From the IMG/VR virus record IMGVR_UViG_3300017642_000062: a DNA stretch of 64,000 bases; one strand, written 5' to 3'. Both the position numbers and the translations under genes were made by a program. Of this stretch, positions 53,130 through 62,293 are shown piece after piece; within the stretch, counting starts at the first letter, position 1, and every line of letters begins with the position of its first letter. Source of the stretch: an uncultured virus (IMG/VR IMGVR_UViG_3300017642_000062) (taxonomy: Duplodnaviria; Heunggongvirae; Uroviricota; Caudoviricetes). The notes beneath the pieces are model-generated. The model was not told where the DNA came from and searched no databases. It was given only the letters and a program-made list of their open reading frames with translations.

Positions 53130-54166
53130 TTCACGGTCGCGGTCTTGTTTCCGTGTCCGCTCGTCGCTCAGTTCGTCCACTCGTTTTGTGGCTTTCTCGT
53201 AACGCTTGACCAGCGCATTGTACTTTTTCGTGTATTCCTCTTGGGACTGCGCCGAAGAAGCGTTTTCCCTTACGCAGGACTTGACCATTTCGGCAACTAC
53301 TTCGATTTCCTCTGACAGCCGGTCGATTTGCGCATCCAGTGCCGTGCAGTCCGAAACAGCCAATCGCATGAGCTCACAGTCGCTGATAACTGACTCGCGG
53401 CTTGCAATAAGCCGGTCGTAGGCAATCAGGAACTTCTGCTGGATGGTCTCCGCATCGAGGTGCGGCGTAGCGCATCGCTGTTCGCCTTTGAATTTACTGT
53501 TGCAACGCCATATCACCTTGCGGTAGGTGTCGGTGGAGTGCCAGACCTTCTGCCCATAGAATCCACCGCAATCGCCGCAGACCAGCTTGGACGAAAACAC
53601 GCTGTTGCCGCTGTAGGCTCTGCCGAGCGTCTTTCGGCGGGCAATCTCTGCCTGCACCATGTCCCATTCGACAGGACTGATAATAGCTTCGTGGCTGTGT
53701 TCCACATAATACTGCGGCACTTCGCCCTCGTTGGGCTTCATCTTTTTCATCAAGAAATCGACTGTGAACTTCTTTTGCAGAAGAGCATCACCCTTGTATT
53801 TCTCATTGGAGAGCATACTGTTTACCGTGGTCTGGCTCCATTTCTTTTTGCCGGAAGGTGTCGGAACGCCCTGTGCATCAAGGTATCGGCAAATTCCGGC
53901 AGGCGTCTTTCCCTCAAGGAAAAGCGTATAGATGAGCCGTACAATGGTGGCTTCCTCCTCGTTGATAACAGGAGTGCCGTCCGCGCCTTTTTCGTAACCG
54001 AGGAATTGCTTGTACGGCATACTGACTTTGCCATCAGCAAAACGCTTTCGTTGCCCCCATGTGACATTCTCGGAGATTGAGCGGCTTTCTTCCTGCGCAA
54101 GGCTGGACATTATCGTGATGAGCAGCTCGCCCTTGCTGTCGAAGGTGAAAATGTTCTCTTTTTCAA
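52971..54166 (-). pseudogene. N-terminally truncated large serine recombinase of a second element
   Basis: Frame begins abruptly at EKENIFTFDSKGELLITIMSSLAQEESRSISEN; catalytic N-terminus missing; recombinase, Zn ribbon and coiled coil intact. Confidence 0.85.
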
Positions 54167-54379
54167 GCAGTCATTGATTGCTACCATATCGTATTGGAAA
54201 GTTGAGAAAAGTGCCGTACTGCGGCCTTTTGTTGCTCTCAAAAGTGTGTATCGTGGCGCTTCGTGACCGACCGTTTAGAAGATTAAAACACCAAATAAAC
54301 ACCAAGCTGCAAGGCAATCTGTGCCTGTCATACAGCTTGGTGTTTTTCTGTGTGGGAAGGCTTTTCTGTGCTGTGCCTC

Positions 54380-55741
54380 TCATACATCCGCCGTAGCCAG
54401 CGCCGTTGAAATGGCGTCGGAGGCTTGCTTCATGGTTTCGGCAAAGACGTGAGCGTAAATCGTCTCAGTGGTGCGTGTGTCCCTGTGGCCCAGATGCTCG
54501 GAAATCACCTTCACCGGCACACCCATGTTTATCAGGAGCGAGGCGTTTGCGTGGCGCAGGTCGTGGATATGTACATCCGGGAAATCGTGCTTGGCGAGAA
54601 GCTGCTTAAATTGCAGGTTGATATAGGATTTTGCCATGTACTCGCCGTATGACCCGGTGAAAACGGCTCCACGGTCAATCCAGCGTTTTCCTACAGCTTT
54701 CCGGCGCTCGTCCTGCCATTCCTTCTGCTCACGCAGGGTCTCCACCAATTGTGGCGGCAGCGCAATCACGCGGGCGCTGCTCTTGGTCTTGGGCGTGGTG
54801 AGCCGGTATTCTCCGTCCAGCCGGTAAAGATTGTACTTGACTGTAAGCATGGCCCTGTCCAAATCGACTTCATCCCAGTGCAGGGCGGTCAGCTCACCGA
54901 CACGCATTCCAGTGTATAGGAGCGTTTTTATTACCCTCGGCAACTGCGGATTGGTAAACTCATCGAGGAAAGTCATCAGTTCTTTACATTGCTCGGCATC
55001 AAGGTAGACGCGCTCCTTTTCCTCTCCGGCAGGCGTGGTGGCGTTCGTGACCGGATTTTTCAGCAGGAGCTCCTTTTTTACCGCAGTCGAGAAAATAGGT
55101 GACAGCGCTGTGCGGATACGCTTTATGGTACCCACGTCCAGACTGCCACCTACTTCTTCTACAATAAATATGTCTTTCAACTTTACGCCCAGTGCCTCGG
55201 AAATCCTGACGGCAGTTTCCTTCAGGACCGTTTCACCGTTACCGAGAGTGCGCAGTGTGTTCATGTTCACGCCGGACTTGCGGGCCAGCGGTCGGCGGGT
55301 ACCGTACTCCAGCGTGGCAACGTCGCGCAGCTTGTAAGTTTCCCGTTTGCGACCGTCCCGGTACAACTCGTTGAACAGAGCGTCTATCCTCGCCGTGTTG
55401 ATGTCCTTCAGCTTCATATTGCCGATATACGGCAGTACATATAAGTTCATCAATTCCCGGTTATTTGCATAGGTGGCCGGTTTCAGCTTGTGAACGGCGA
55501 TCTGCTCGTAATACCATGTCGCCAATTCCGAGAAGCGGATGTTCTCGTTCATATTCACCATGCCTTCACAGTGCTTCTCAAACTCGTAGGCATAGGCCAT
55601 CGCCAGCTTGTCCGCTTTGCCCTCGGTCACACCCTCTGGCGGCGTGAACGTCGTATTTTTGCGTATCTGCTTACCGTATATATCGTAGCCCTGCGACACC
55701 ATAATTCTGTAGGTGTCGCCTCGTTTCTGTACGCTCGGCAT
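54380..55741 (-). CDS. int: Tyrosine integrase
   Basis: YTGMRVGEL, PKT, HDLRH, HLGH, YAH. Confidence 0.95.
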   Translation of the reverse strand: MPSVQKRGDTYRIMVSQGYDIYGKQIRKNTTFTPPEGVTEGKADKLAMAYAYEFEKHCEGMVNMNENIRFSELATWYYEQIAVHKLKPATYANNRELMNLYVLPYIGNMKLKDINTARIDALFNELYRDGRKRETYKLRDVATLEYGTRRPLARKSGVNMNTLRTLGNGETVLKETAVRISEALGVKLKDIFIVEEVGGSLDVGTIKRIRTALSPIFSTAVKKELLLKNPVTNATTPAGEEKERVYLDAEQCKELMTFLDEFTNPQLPRVIKTLLYTGMRVGELTALHWDEVDLDRAMLTVKYNLYRLDGEYRLTTPKTKSSARVIALPPQLVETLREQKEWQDERRKAVGKRWIDRGAVFTGSYGEYMAKSYINLQFKQLLAKHDFPDVHIHDLRHANASLLINMGVPVKVISEHLGHRDTRTTETIYAHVFAETMKQASDAISTALATADV

Positions 55742-55797
55742 CTGCCATCCCTCCATTCCGTAGTGGTATGTTCGCTCTGAACCGTGAAGAAGTCAAC

Positions 55798-56409
55798 TCA
55801 TTCTTCTGGGTCAGGGCGGTTTATTTTTATCGTCCGATCCTCAATGGCAAGCCCTCGCTTAACAAGCTGCCTGAGAATGAATTCTTCGATATATTTCTGC
55901 AAATCCCAGATGAAATAGCCCTCAAGGTCAATGTTCCCCATGTGGCTGCGGTCTACATTGCCCTCCTCGACGGATTTAATCTGGGACGATTTGAGCGCGG
56001 CATCGTCAAGGAAATCGTAAAAATCTCGGTCGGAGAGCAGTTCGTTAATGGTTTCCATGAGAGTAGGCCCACCCTCGAAGGAAGCGGCGTCCTTTGCTCT
56101 TTTGAGCATATCTATTGCCTCCTCGGAGAGGCCCAGTTCCTCATGGATGGATTTATTCTCGGAACTGACGCCCGTCAGCAGGTAATCCACAGATACGCCG
56201 AAGAACTCCGCTATCTTGACAAGCGTTTCCGGCGTCGGCTGCGTCTCTCCATTCTTATATAAGCTCACAGTCTGCTGCCGGATGCCGATTGCTTCCGCGA
56301 GCTCTTTGAGCGTGGTCTTTGCGTTTGTCTTTGGATGATGGTCAAGCAGCTCTCTCAACATCTTGGGGAACATCCCGTCATATCCAACTACTTGTAGCGC
56401 CATCGCCAT
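55798..56409 (-). CDS. XRE-family repressor of satellite
   Basis: LKELAEAIGIRQQTVSLYKNGETQP...FGVSVDYLL. Confidence 0.9.
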   Translation of the reverse strand: MAMALQVVGYDGMFPKMLRELLDHHPKTNAKTTLKELAEAIGIRQQTVSLYKNGETQPTPETLVKIAEFFGVSVDYLLTGVSSENKSIHEELGLSEEAIDMLKRAKDAASFEGGPTLMETINELLSDRDFYDFLDDAALKSSQIKSVEEGNVDRSHMGNIDLEGYFIWDLQKYIEEFILRQLVKRGLAIEDRTIKINRPDPEE

Positions 56410-56563
56410 ATCTCCTTTAACTTTCGTTTTTCTTGAACTTTCTATTTTGCATTTCGGTTCTATTGATATTTCGCTTTTCCTGTGATATTATCATCATAAC
56501 AAGCAAAACGAATGTTGTCAAGAGAAAATAAAGGAAAACGAAAAAAGATTGGAGGTACCGAGG

Positions 56564-56749
56564 ATGGCAAAGAAACCACTGGATAAAGCGGCGGCGGAGG
56601 CCCGGAGGGAATATTTCCGGGCATGGCGCAGGAAGAACGGCGACAAGGTCAAGCAGTATAACGCCGACTACTGGCGCAGACAGGCCGAAAAGAAACTCAC
56701 GGAGGAGGCGGGTACAAATGGAACAGCCAAACATGATGACGGTGCGTGA
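56564..56749 (+). CDS. Small basic protein typical of Firmicutes PICI-like elements
   Basis: ARREYFRAWRRKNGDKVKQYNADYWRRQA. Confidence 0.75.
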   Translation: MAKKPLDKAAAEARREYFRAWRRKNGDKVKQYNADYWRRQAEKKLTEEAGTNGTAKHDDGA

Positions 56750-56963
56750 AATCGCCCGCACGGGCTTGCTCTCGGAGCACGCGCTCCGGCTCATGCTGAA
56801 AGCCGGTAAACTCCCGGCAATTTACATCGGCAAAAAGGCGCTCATCAATTACGATAAGCTGTGCGCTGAACTGCAAGGGCTTGAGGCGGATTTCGCGGCA
56901 GAGCCTGTAAGCGACCCGTTCCTGCCGACGCTGCCGGGTGGAACCCCGTTCAGGCGCGGCTGA
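56718..56963 (+). CDS. Excisionase-like HTH
   Basis: MMTVREIARTGLLSEHALR...GKLP...GKKALI. Confidence 0.85.
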   Translation: MEQPNMMTVREIARTGLLSEHALRLMLKAGKLPAIYIGKKALINYDKLCAELQGLEADFAAEPVSDPFLPTLPGGTPFRRG

Positions 56964-57055
56964 CAATTAAAACTGGGCTTGGCCCGGTCGTTTCCCGGAA
57001 GCGGATGTCGACCTAAAACAGATTATGGGATTACTATGCCCGAAGGAGGCGGAGA

Positions 57056-57199
57056 ATGAAAAACCGCAAACGGCAGCGGGAGAACCGCAAAGAAGAAAAA
57101 CTGGATAAAACGAATCATACGGGAGTAAAAGATTTGACTCCATACAATGCCGTCCGGCTGATGCGTAGCGGCAAAATTTATGACATCAAATATAAATGA
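57056..57199 (+). CDS. Small basic protein (47 aa), not in ORF track
   Basis: GGAGG RBS; MKNRKRQRENRKEEKLDKTNHTGVKDLTPYNAV... Confidence 0.55.
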   Translation: MKNRKRQRENRKEEKLDKTNHTGVKDLTPYNAVRLMRSGKIYDIKYK

Positions 57200-57237
57200 A
57201 CAGCGCCATAAGCGCTCCGCAGAAAGGAGGTGGCGAG

Positions 57238-59541
57238 ATGGAGAAGCGAATGCCGGACCCCATGCTGGAGCTAAAACAGATGCGGATCTGGATGCTGTGG
57301 CGCTGGGAAGTCAAGGAAAATGGTGAGCGCACGAAGGTGCCTATAGCTGCTGGCGGCGGCCCGTCCGGTACCACAGAGAAGTGGAACCGTACATGGGTCA
57401 CATATGATGAAGTGGTAAAGGCGGAGGAAAAAAATCCTGCAGCGGCCGGTATCGGCTTCAAGATACCAGAAGGCTACTACTTCATTGATATAGACCACAG
57501 AGCGCTTACTGACCCGCTTGTGCAGACGATTCTTTTACGGCATGATTCGTATGCGGAATACTCGGTCAGCGGCACCGGCATCCACCAGTACGGTAAATGC
57601 GATTTTACGCAAATTCCCACCTATATTGACAAAAACGGAAAGCTGAAGCTCGACGGGCAGTTCTATACGAAAAATCCCAATAACGAAATGGAACTGTACA
57701 TCGGCGGCATCACAAACCGCTTCGCAGCCTATACCGGAAATGTGATTGAAAACAAGCCTCTCCGGGAGTGTACCGCCGCTATCCTTACTACCTTAGATAA
57801 GGATATGCGCCGCGCGAGAAAGGTCAAATACAGCGTCAAGCGTGACGGAGAGAAGGTTACTTTCGATCTTATTTGCAATCTCCGCAAACAGAAAAACGGC
57901 GAAAAATTCTGTAAATTGTTTGACAAGGGAGACTTCAGCGACTACGGTTCCCAGTCTGAAGCGGACGCGGCGCTCTGCGCGTTGCTCGCATTCCGTGCAG
58001 GACCGGACCCGGAAATGATAGACGCCGTCTTTCGGCAGTCGGCATTGTACCGGGATAAATGGGATCGAGAGGATTACCGGGATGCCACCATTGCCCTCGG
58101 CATCGAAGCCTGCCACGGCGTGTTCCACAAGTCAAAAATGGATCACCCGTACTTCATCCTTTTTGACGATGATGGTAAGCCCTTTGTATCCGCTCCGCTA
58201 CTGGCCAAATATATTCGTGAAAACCAGAGATACATCCTCGTCCGGGACAATGGCAAACAAGGCACACTCATCTACGTTTATAAGAACGGCTGCTACCGGC
58301 TATATGCCCCGGATATGATGAAGGGCGTCATCAAAGGCTATATCGCGGCGTATGACGAAACATTGGTAAGAATGACTCTCGTCAGCGAAGTGTATGGCCA
58401 ATTGACTACAGACCTTAACTATGTCAGTCAGGATGAGCTCAACGCCGACGAGAGTCTTATCAACTTTACCAACGGCCTCTTGCGCGTGACAGCAACGGAA
58501 CTGACGCTGCTGCCACACTCCCCGGATGTTCTATCGACTATTCAGATTCCATGCAGATGGACCGGGCATCCAGAGCCTACGCCGACCTTCGACCAGTATA
58601 TCACGGACTTCACAAGCGTCGATAAGGCCATCGAGCAACTGCTTTTGGAATTTATGGGCGTTGGTCTTTCCAACGTGAAGGGCTGGCGTATGAAGAAGTC
58701 GCTGTTCATGGTAGGCGATGGCGATACCGGAAAATCCCAGCTAAAAAGCCTCACAGAGCTGTTGCTCGGTAAGGGTAATTTCATCGGCATCGACCTGAAA
58801 GAGATTGAGGCCCGGTTCGGCACCGGTGCTATCTATGGTACCCGCCTTGCCGGTAGCTCAGATATGAGCTTTCTGTCCGTGGACGAGCTAAAGACCTTCA
58901 AAAAGATCACGGGCGGCGACAGTCTGTTCGCGGAGTTCAAAGGACAGCAGGGTTTTGAGTACACCTACAACGGCCTGCTCTGGTTCTGCATGAACCGGCT
59001 CCCCAAGTTCGGCGGCGACGACGGCCAGTGGGTCTATGACCGCATTATGGTCGTAGAGTGTAAAAACGTGATTCCGAAGGACAAGCAGGATAAGACTCTG
59101 CTTGACAAAATGTACGCCGAGCGCGAGGGCATCGTCTACAAGGCTGTCAAAGCCCTCCAGACAGTCATTTCCAACAGCTATCGCTTCTCCGAACCGGATT
59201 TCGTCAGCAAGGCTCGTGACACCTATATGTGCGAAAACAATACCGTTATTAGCTTCTATCACGAGTGCATGGCAGAGCGCCCACAGCCGGGTACGGTTAA
59301 GGACACCTGCACCACTGGGAAGGTTTATGACGTCTATAAGGCGTGGTGCCACGACAACAATAATGGCTACGCCAAGACCGCCAAGGAGTTCCGTGACACG
59401 CTGGCCGGGATGCTCGGCAGCACGTTTAAAGGTATGACCATTCATACAGACAAGGGCACCTGCTACCGCGACCTCACGCTCACGATCGACGCAAAGCAGC
59501 AGTACCAAAGGGAGTACGGTTATGATGAGCTTCTCGGCTGA
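57238..59541 (+). CDS. Primase-polymerase / SF3 helicase (P4/D5 family)
   Basis: FIDID, EYSVSGTGIH, SQSEADAAL, D5_N LINFTNG, Walker A GDGDTGKS. Confidence 0.93.
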   Translation: MEKRMPDPMLELKQMRIWMLWRWEVKENGERTKVPIAAGGGPSGTTEKWNRTWVTYDEVVKAEEKNPAAAGIGFKIPEGYYFIDIDHRALTDPLVQTILLRHDSYAEYSVSGTGIHQYGKCDFTQIPTYIDKNGKLKLDGQFYTKNPNNEMELYIGGITNRFAAYTGNVIENKPLRECTAAILTTLDKDMRRARKVKYSVKRDGEKVTFDLICNLRKQKNGEKFCKLFDKGDFSDYGSQSEADAALCALLAFRAGPDPEMIDAVFRQSALYRDKWDREDYRDATIALGIEACHGVFHKSKMDHPYFILFDDDGKPFVSAPLLAKYIRENQRYILVRDNGKQGTLIYVYKNGCYRLYAPDMMKGVIKGYIAAYDETLVRMTLVSEVYGQLTTDLNYVSQDELNADESLINFTNGLLRVTATELTLLPHSPDVLSTIQIPCRWTGHPEPTPTFDQYITDFTSVDKAIEQLLLEFMGVGLSNVKGWRMKKSLFMVGDGDTGKSQLKSLTELLLGKGNFIGIDLKEIEARFGTGAIYGTRLAGSSDMSFLSVDELKTFKKITGGDSLFAEFKGQQGFEYTYNGLLWFCMNRLPKFGGDDGQWVYDRIMVVECKNVIPKDKQDKTLLDKMYAEREGIVYKAVKALQTVISNSYRFSEPDFVSKARDTYMCENNTVISFYHECMAERPQPGTVKDTCTTGKVYDVYKAWCHDNNNGYAKTAKEFRDTLAGMLGSTFKGMTIHTDKGTCYRDLTLTIDAKQQYQREYGYDELLG

Positions 59542-59831
59542 CAGTTCTGACAGTTCTCTGACAGTTTCAGGAGCAAACTGTCAGTCAAAAAAGCCAGTAA
59601 TATCAATGGTTTCACGCTCATGCTGACACTTCTGACAGTTCTTTCAACTTCTCAGCCGATTTGAGTAAAGTTAAGAAGCAAATAAAAAGTGAGATAAGGA
59701 TTGTATGAGCGTGGGATAAACACAGAAAAAGTGTCAGAACTGTCAGTCAAGTCTGGAAAGCCTTGATATGACTATGTTTCCGGCGTTTTGAAACTGTCAG
59801 AGAACTGTCAGTCAACTGTCAGAACTGTCAG
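59538..59831. repeat. Iteron array, replication origin of satellite
   Basis: CTGACAGTT x4 and its complement AACTGTCAG x6 plus two one-mismatch copies around an AT-rich core. Confidence 0.88.
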
Positions 59832-59913
59832 CCGCAAATGTAATCCGAGCCGTGGATGGGGGCCTAAACCGTTACCCCACTCACGGTGTTTTTATGAAAG
59901 GAGGGAAAACGAC

Positions 59914-60129
59914 ATGAATCTGATCGATTTGCTGTACGGCAAGAACCACGACAGCGCCAAAGGCAAACTGCGCCTGCAGAATCGCGCTGGTGAGCCGGTT
60001 ACGGTGACCAAGGAAATCCGCTATACCGTCGCAGACGGAGCGTCCAATGTCCACATCAACGGCTATGAAGATTTAGCCCAGTACTGCCGAAGGGCCGGAT
60101 ACACCTATCGTTCCGGCAAGACGGTATAA
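59914..60129 (+). CDS. Hypothetical protein
   Basis: AAAGGAGG RBS; MNLIDLLYG... Confidence 0.7.
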   Translation: MNLIDLLYGKNHDSAKGKLRLQNRAGEPVTVTKEIRYTVADGASNVHINGYEDLAQYCRRAGYTYRSGKTV

Positions 60130-60156
60130 CCATAACAACATTTGGAGGAAAAACTT

Positions 60157-61083
60157 ATGAATAACGAAAAGAATTATCTCATCGGCACACCTGAATACGA
60201 CAAGCACTTCTGGAACGCCATGCGCGGAGCAAAAATCGACACGGCTCTGGAAGCTGGCAGAAGCAGCGTTACCAACTCCTACGCTCTGCCGAGCGCCGCA
60301 AACAACAAATACACGGCGGCGCTGGCCACTGAAAGCCTGTTCCGGCAGATCGGTACAACTGTTATGGCCTACGATTCCGAGTACCGCATTTTTGCCCACG
60401 ACTGCGATGATCTGGCACAGTGGGTTCCAGAGGGCGGCAAGCTCCCGATCTTTGATGGCGCGAACGACTTTACCCGGTACAAGGTAGATAGCTGGAAACT
60501 GGGCGCACTCGTGAAGCTGGATGAGGATTTTGTGCGTGATGCTACCTTTAATGTGGAGGACTATCTTGTACGGCGTCTGGCAAAGAATTTCGGCAGGGCC
60601 GAGGACGCCGCCTTCATCAGCGGCACCAGTGAGCAGATGCCCACGGGAATCCTCAACGCCACGGGCGGCGCGGAGATCGGCTGCACCGGCAGCATCACAT
60701 ACGACGACGTCATCAAGCTGTACTTCTCTGTCAAGCCGGAGTACCGCAAGAACAGTGTATGGCTCATGAACGACGAGACTGCGCTGGCTCTGCGTACACT
60801 CAAGGATAGCTCTGGGAATTACCTCTGGCGCGACAGCGATGACACCATTCTCGGCAAGCGTGTGGTCATGAACAGCGCCATGCCCTCTGTGGCGGCAGGC
60901 GCAAAGCCGATTGCCTTCGGTGATTTCAGTTATTACTGGGTCATTGCCCGTGGCCCGGTCAGCGTGGTGCCTATTATGGAACACTTCACGCTGAATCAGC
61001 AGATTGGCTATCTGGCGTTTGAGTTCCTTGACGGAAAACTTATCCGTCCGGAGACCATCAAGGTGCTGCAAATAGCCGAATAA
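60157..61083 (+). CDS. HK97-family major capsid protein lacking long delta domain
   Basis: AQWVPEG, AEDAAFISG, PTGIL, WLMN, LKDSSGNYLW, IAFGDFSYY. Confidence 0.92.
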   Translation: MNNEKNYLIGTPEYDKHFWNAMRGAKIDTALEAGRSSVTNSYALPSAANNKYTAALATESLFRQIGTTVMAYDSEYRIFAHDCDDLAQWVPEGGKLPIFDGANDFTRYKVDSWKLGALVKLDEDFVRDATFNVEDYLVRRLAKNFGRAEDAAFISGTSEQMPTGILNATGGAEIGCTGSITYDDVIKLYFSVKPEYRKNSVWLMNDETALALRTLKDSSGNYLWRDSDDTILGKRVVMNSAMPSVAAGAKPIAFGDFSYYWVIARGPVSVVPIMEHFTLNQQIGYLAFEFLDGKLIRPETIKVLQIAE

Positions 61084-61223
61084 GCCGCAATAACGGGAGC
61101 AGGGAGCGTCGAGATGGCGCTCTCCGCCCTTAATACCCCGTTTGATTTCGCGTTTTAACACGCGAGGCCCCACGCCCGTTGTCCGCTTTAAAAGTTGTAG
61201 AGATTTTACCTCCCCCCCGCCGG

Positions 61224-61862
61224 TCACCGGAATGCCGAATTGCCCGTAAGGTTTTTAAGCAGTACCTTACGGGCAATTTTGTATTCGTCACCAATGAAAC
61301 CCAGCCGCAGCAGGAAACAGCGGAAAGCGTACTTGTCGTTGTCGGTCTCGGCTATCACGGCCACCACGCGCTTTTGCTTTCGAGCCATCTCGCATAGCTT
61401 GGTAACAAAGGCAGAGTAGGCATTGACCTCGTCCGGTTCCGATGTGAACGGAAACCATGGAAAGCTGACCGTTGTATCGGTGACTACCGCCTCAATAGAA
61501 TCAGCCAGAAACGCTTTCTTGAAAAGAGGCGCTCTGGCTGTTACGATTTGCTGCAGTGTTTCAATGTTGGCGTTGGTGAAGAGTTCCCTCGGCATGGAGA
61601 TTGTGAGCCTGTCCTCGGTCTCAACCGCCTCGCCTACATACCCACGGGAGCGCAGATGCTCAAGCAGCGTCGTTGCCGTTTCCTCCGCCACGCAGTCCGG
61701 TATGATTAGCTTTCCGTCCCGCTCCAGAGTGCAATCACCGATTTGGTAAGAGCAGGTGGGATAGCCCAGGTACTTGGGAATGGTGTGCAGGACCACGCTG
61801 ATGTCCTCGGCAAGCTGCTTTCTCTGCTTGCCGGTGATGTTGTAGGGTATGGTCATTTTCAT
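61224..61862 (-). CDS. Conserved Clostridial phage protein ('virulence-related' family)
   Basis: YNITGKQRKQL...VSFPWF...NDKYAFRCFLLRLGFIG...GNSAFR. Confidence 0.8.
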   Translation of the reverse strand: MKMTIPYNITGKQRKQLAEDISVVLHTIPKYLGYPTCSYQIGDCTLERDGKLIIPDCVAEETATTLLEHLRSRGYVGEAVETEDRLTISMPRELFTNANIETLQQIVTARAPLFKKAFLADSIEAVVTDTTVSFPWFPFTSEPDEVNAYSAFVTKLCEMARKQKRVVAVIAETDNDKYAFRCFLLRLGFIGDEYKIARKVLLKNLTGNSAFR

Positions 61863-62062
61863 GTTCTGTGCCTCCTTGTTTTTGGTAGGTGCATATTCGC
61901 TCTGAATGCACAGAATAGCAAGTCATTTTCGAGAAATGTATCAGAAAGCTAAAAGTATTCTGTAGGATAATTTCTCATAATGTGCGAAACAGCATTGTAT
62001 TTTGGGATTTTATGTGCTATTATTTAATTTAGGTTATTATATATTAAGCTTGGAGGCACATT

Positions 62063-62293
62063 ATGGCTACCTCATATAACAAGTTATGGAAACTGCTTAT
62101 AGACAAAAAAATGAGCAAGGCTGACTTGCGGAAAGCCTCCGGCGTGTCTCCCAACACGATGACCAAGCTGCGCCGGGACGAGCCGGTCATGCTCAATGTG
62201 CTGGACAAGATATGCAAAACCTTGGATGTCAACTATGGGGATATCGTTGATTATATTGTGGATGAAACCGGTGGAAAGGATGTGGAGCAATGA
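62063..62293 (+). CDS. Cro/C1-type HTH (HTH_26) regulator
   Basis: SYNKLWKLLIDKKM...VLDKICKTL. Confidence 0.9.
   Translation: MATSYNKLWKLLIDKKMSKADLRKASGVSPNTMTKLRRDEPVMLNVLDKICKTLDVNYGDIVDYIVDETGGKDVEQ

Noticed and set aside
59538..59831. CRISPR array
   Set aside because: 9-bp repeats in both orientations, irregular spacing, no cas genes; fits iterons
60073..61227. 384-aa minus strand ORF
   Set aside because: Antisense shadow of the capsid gene
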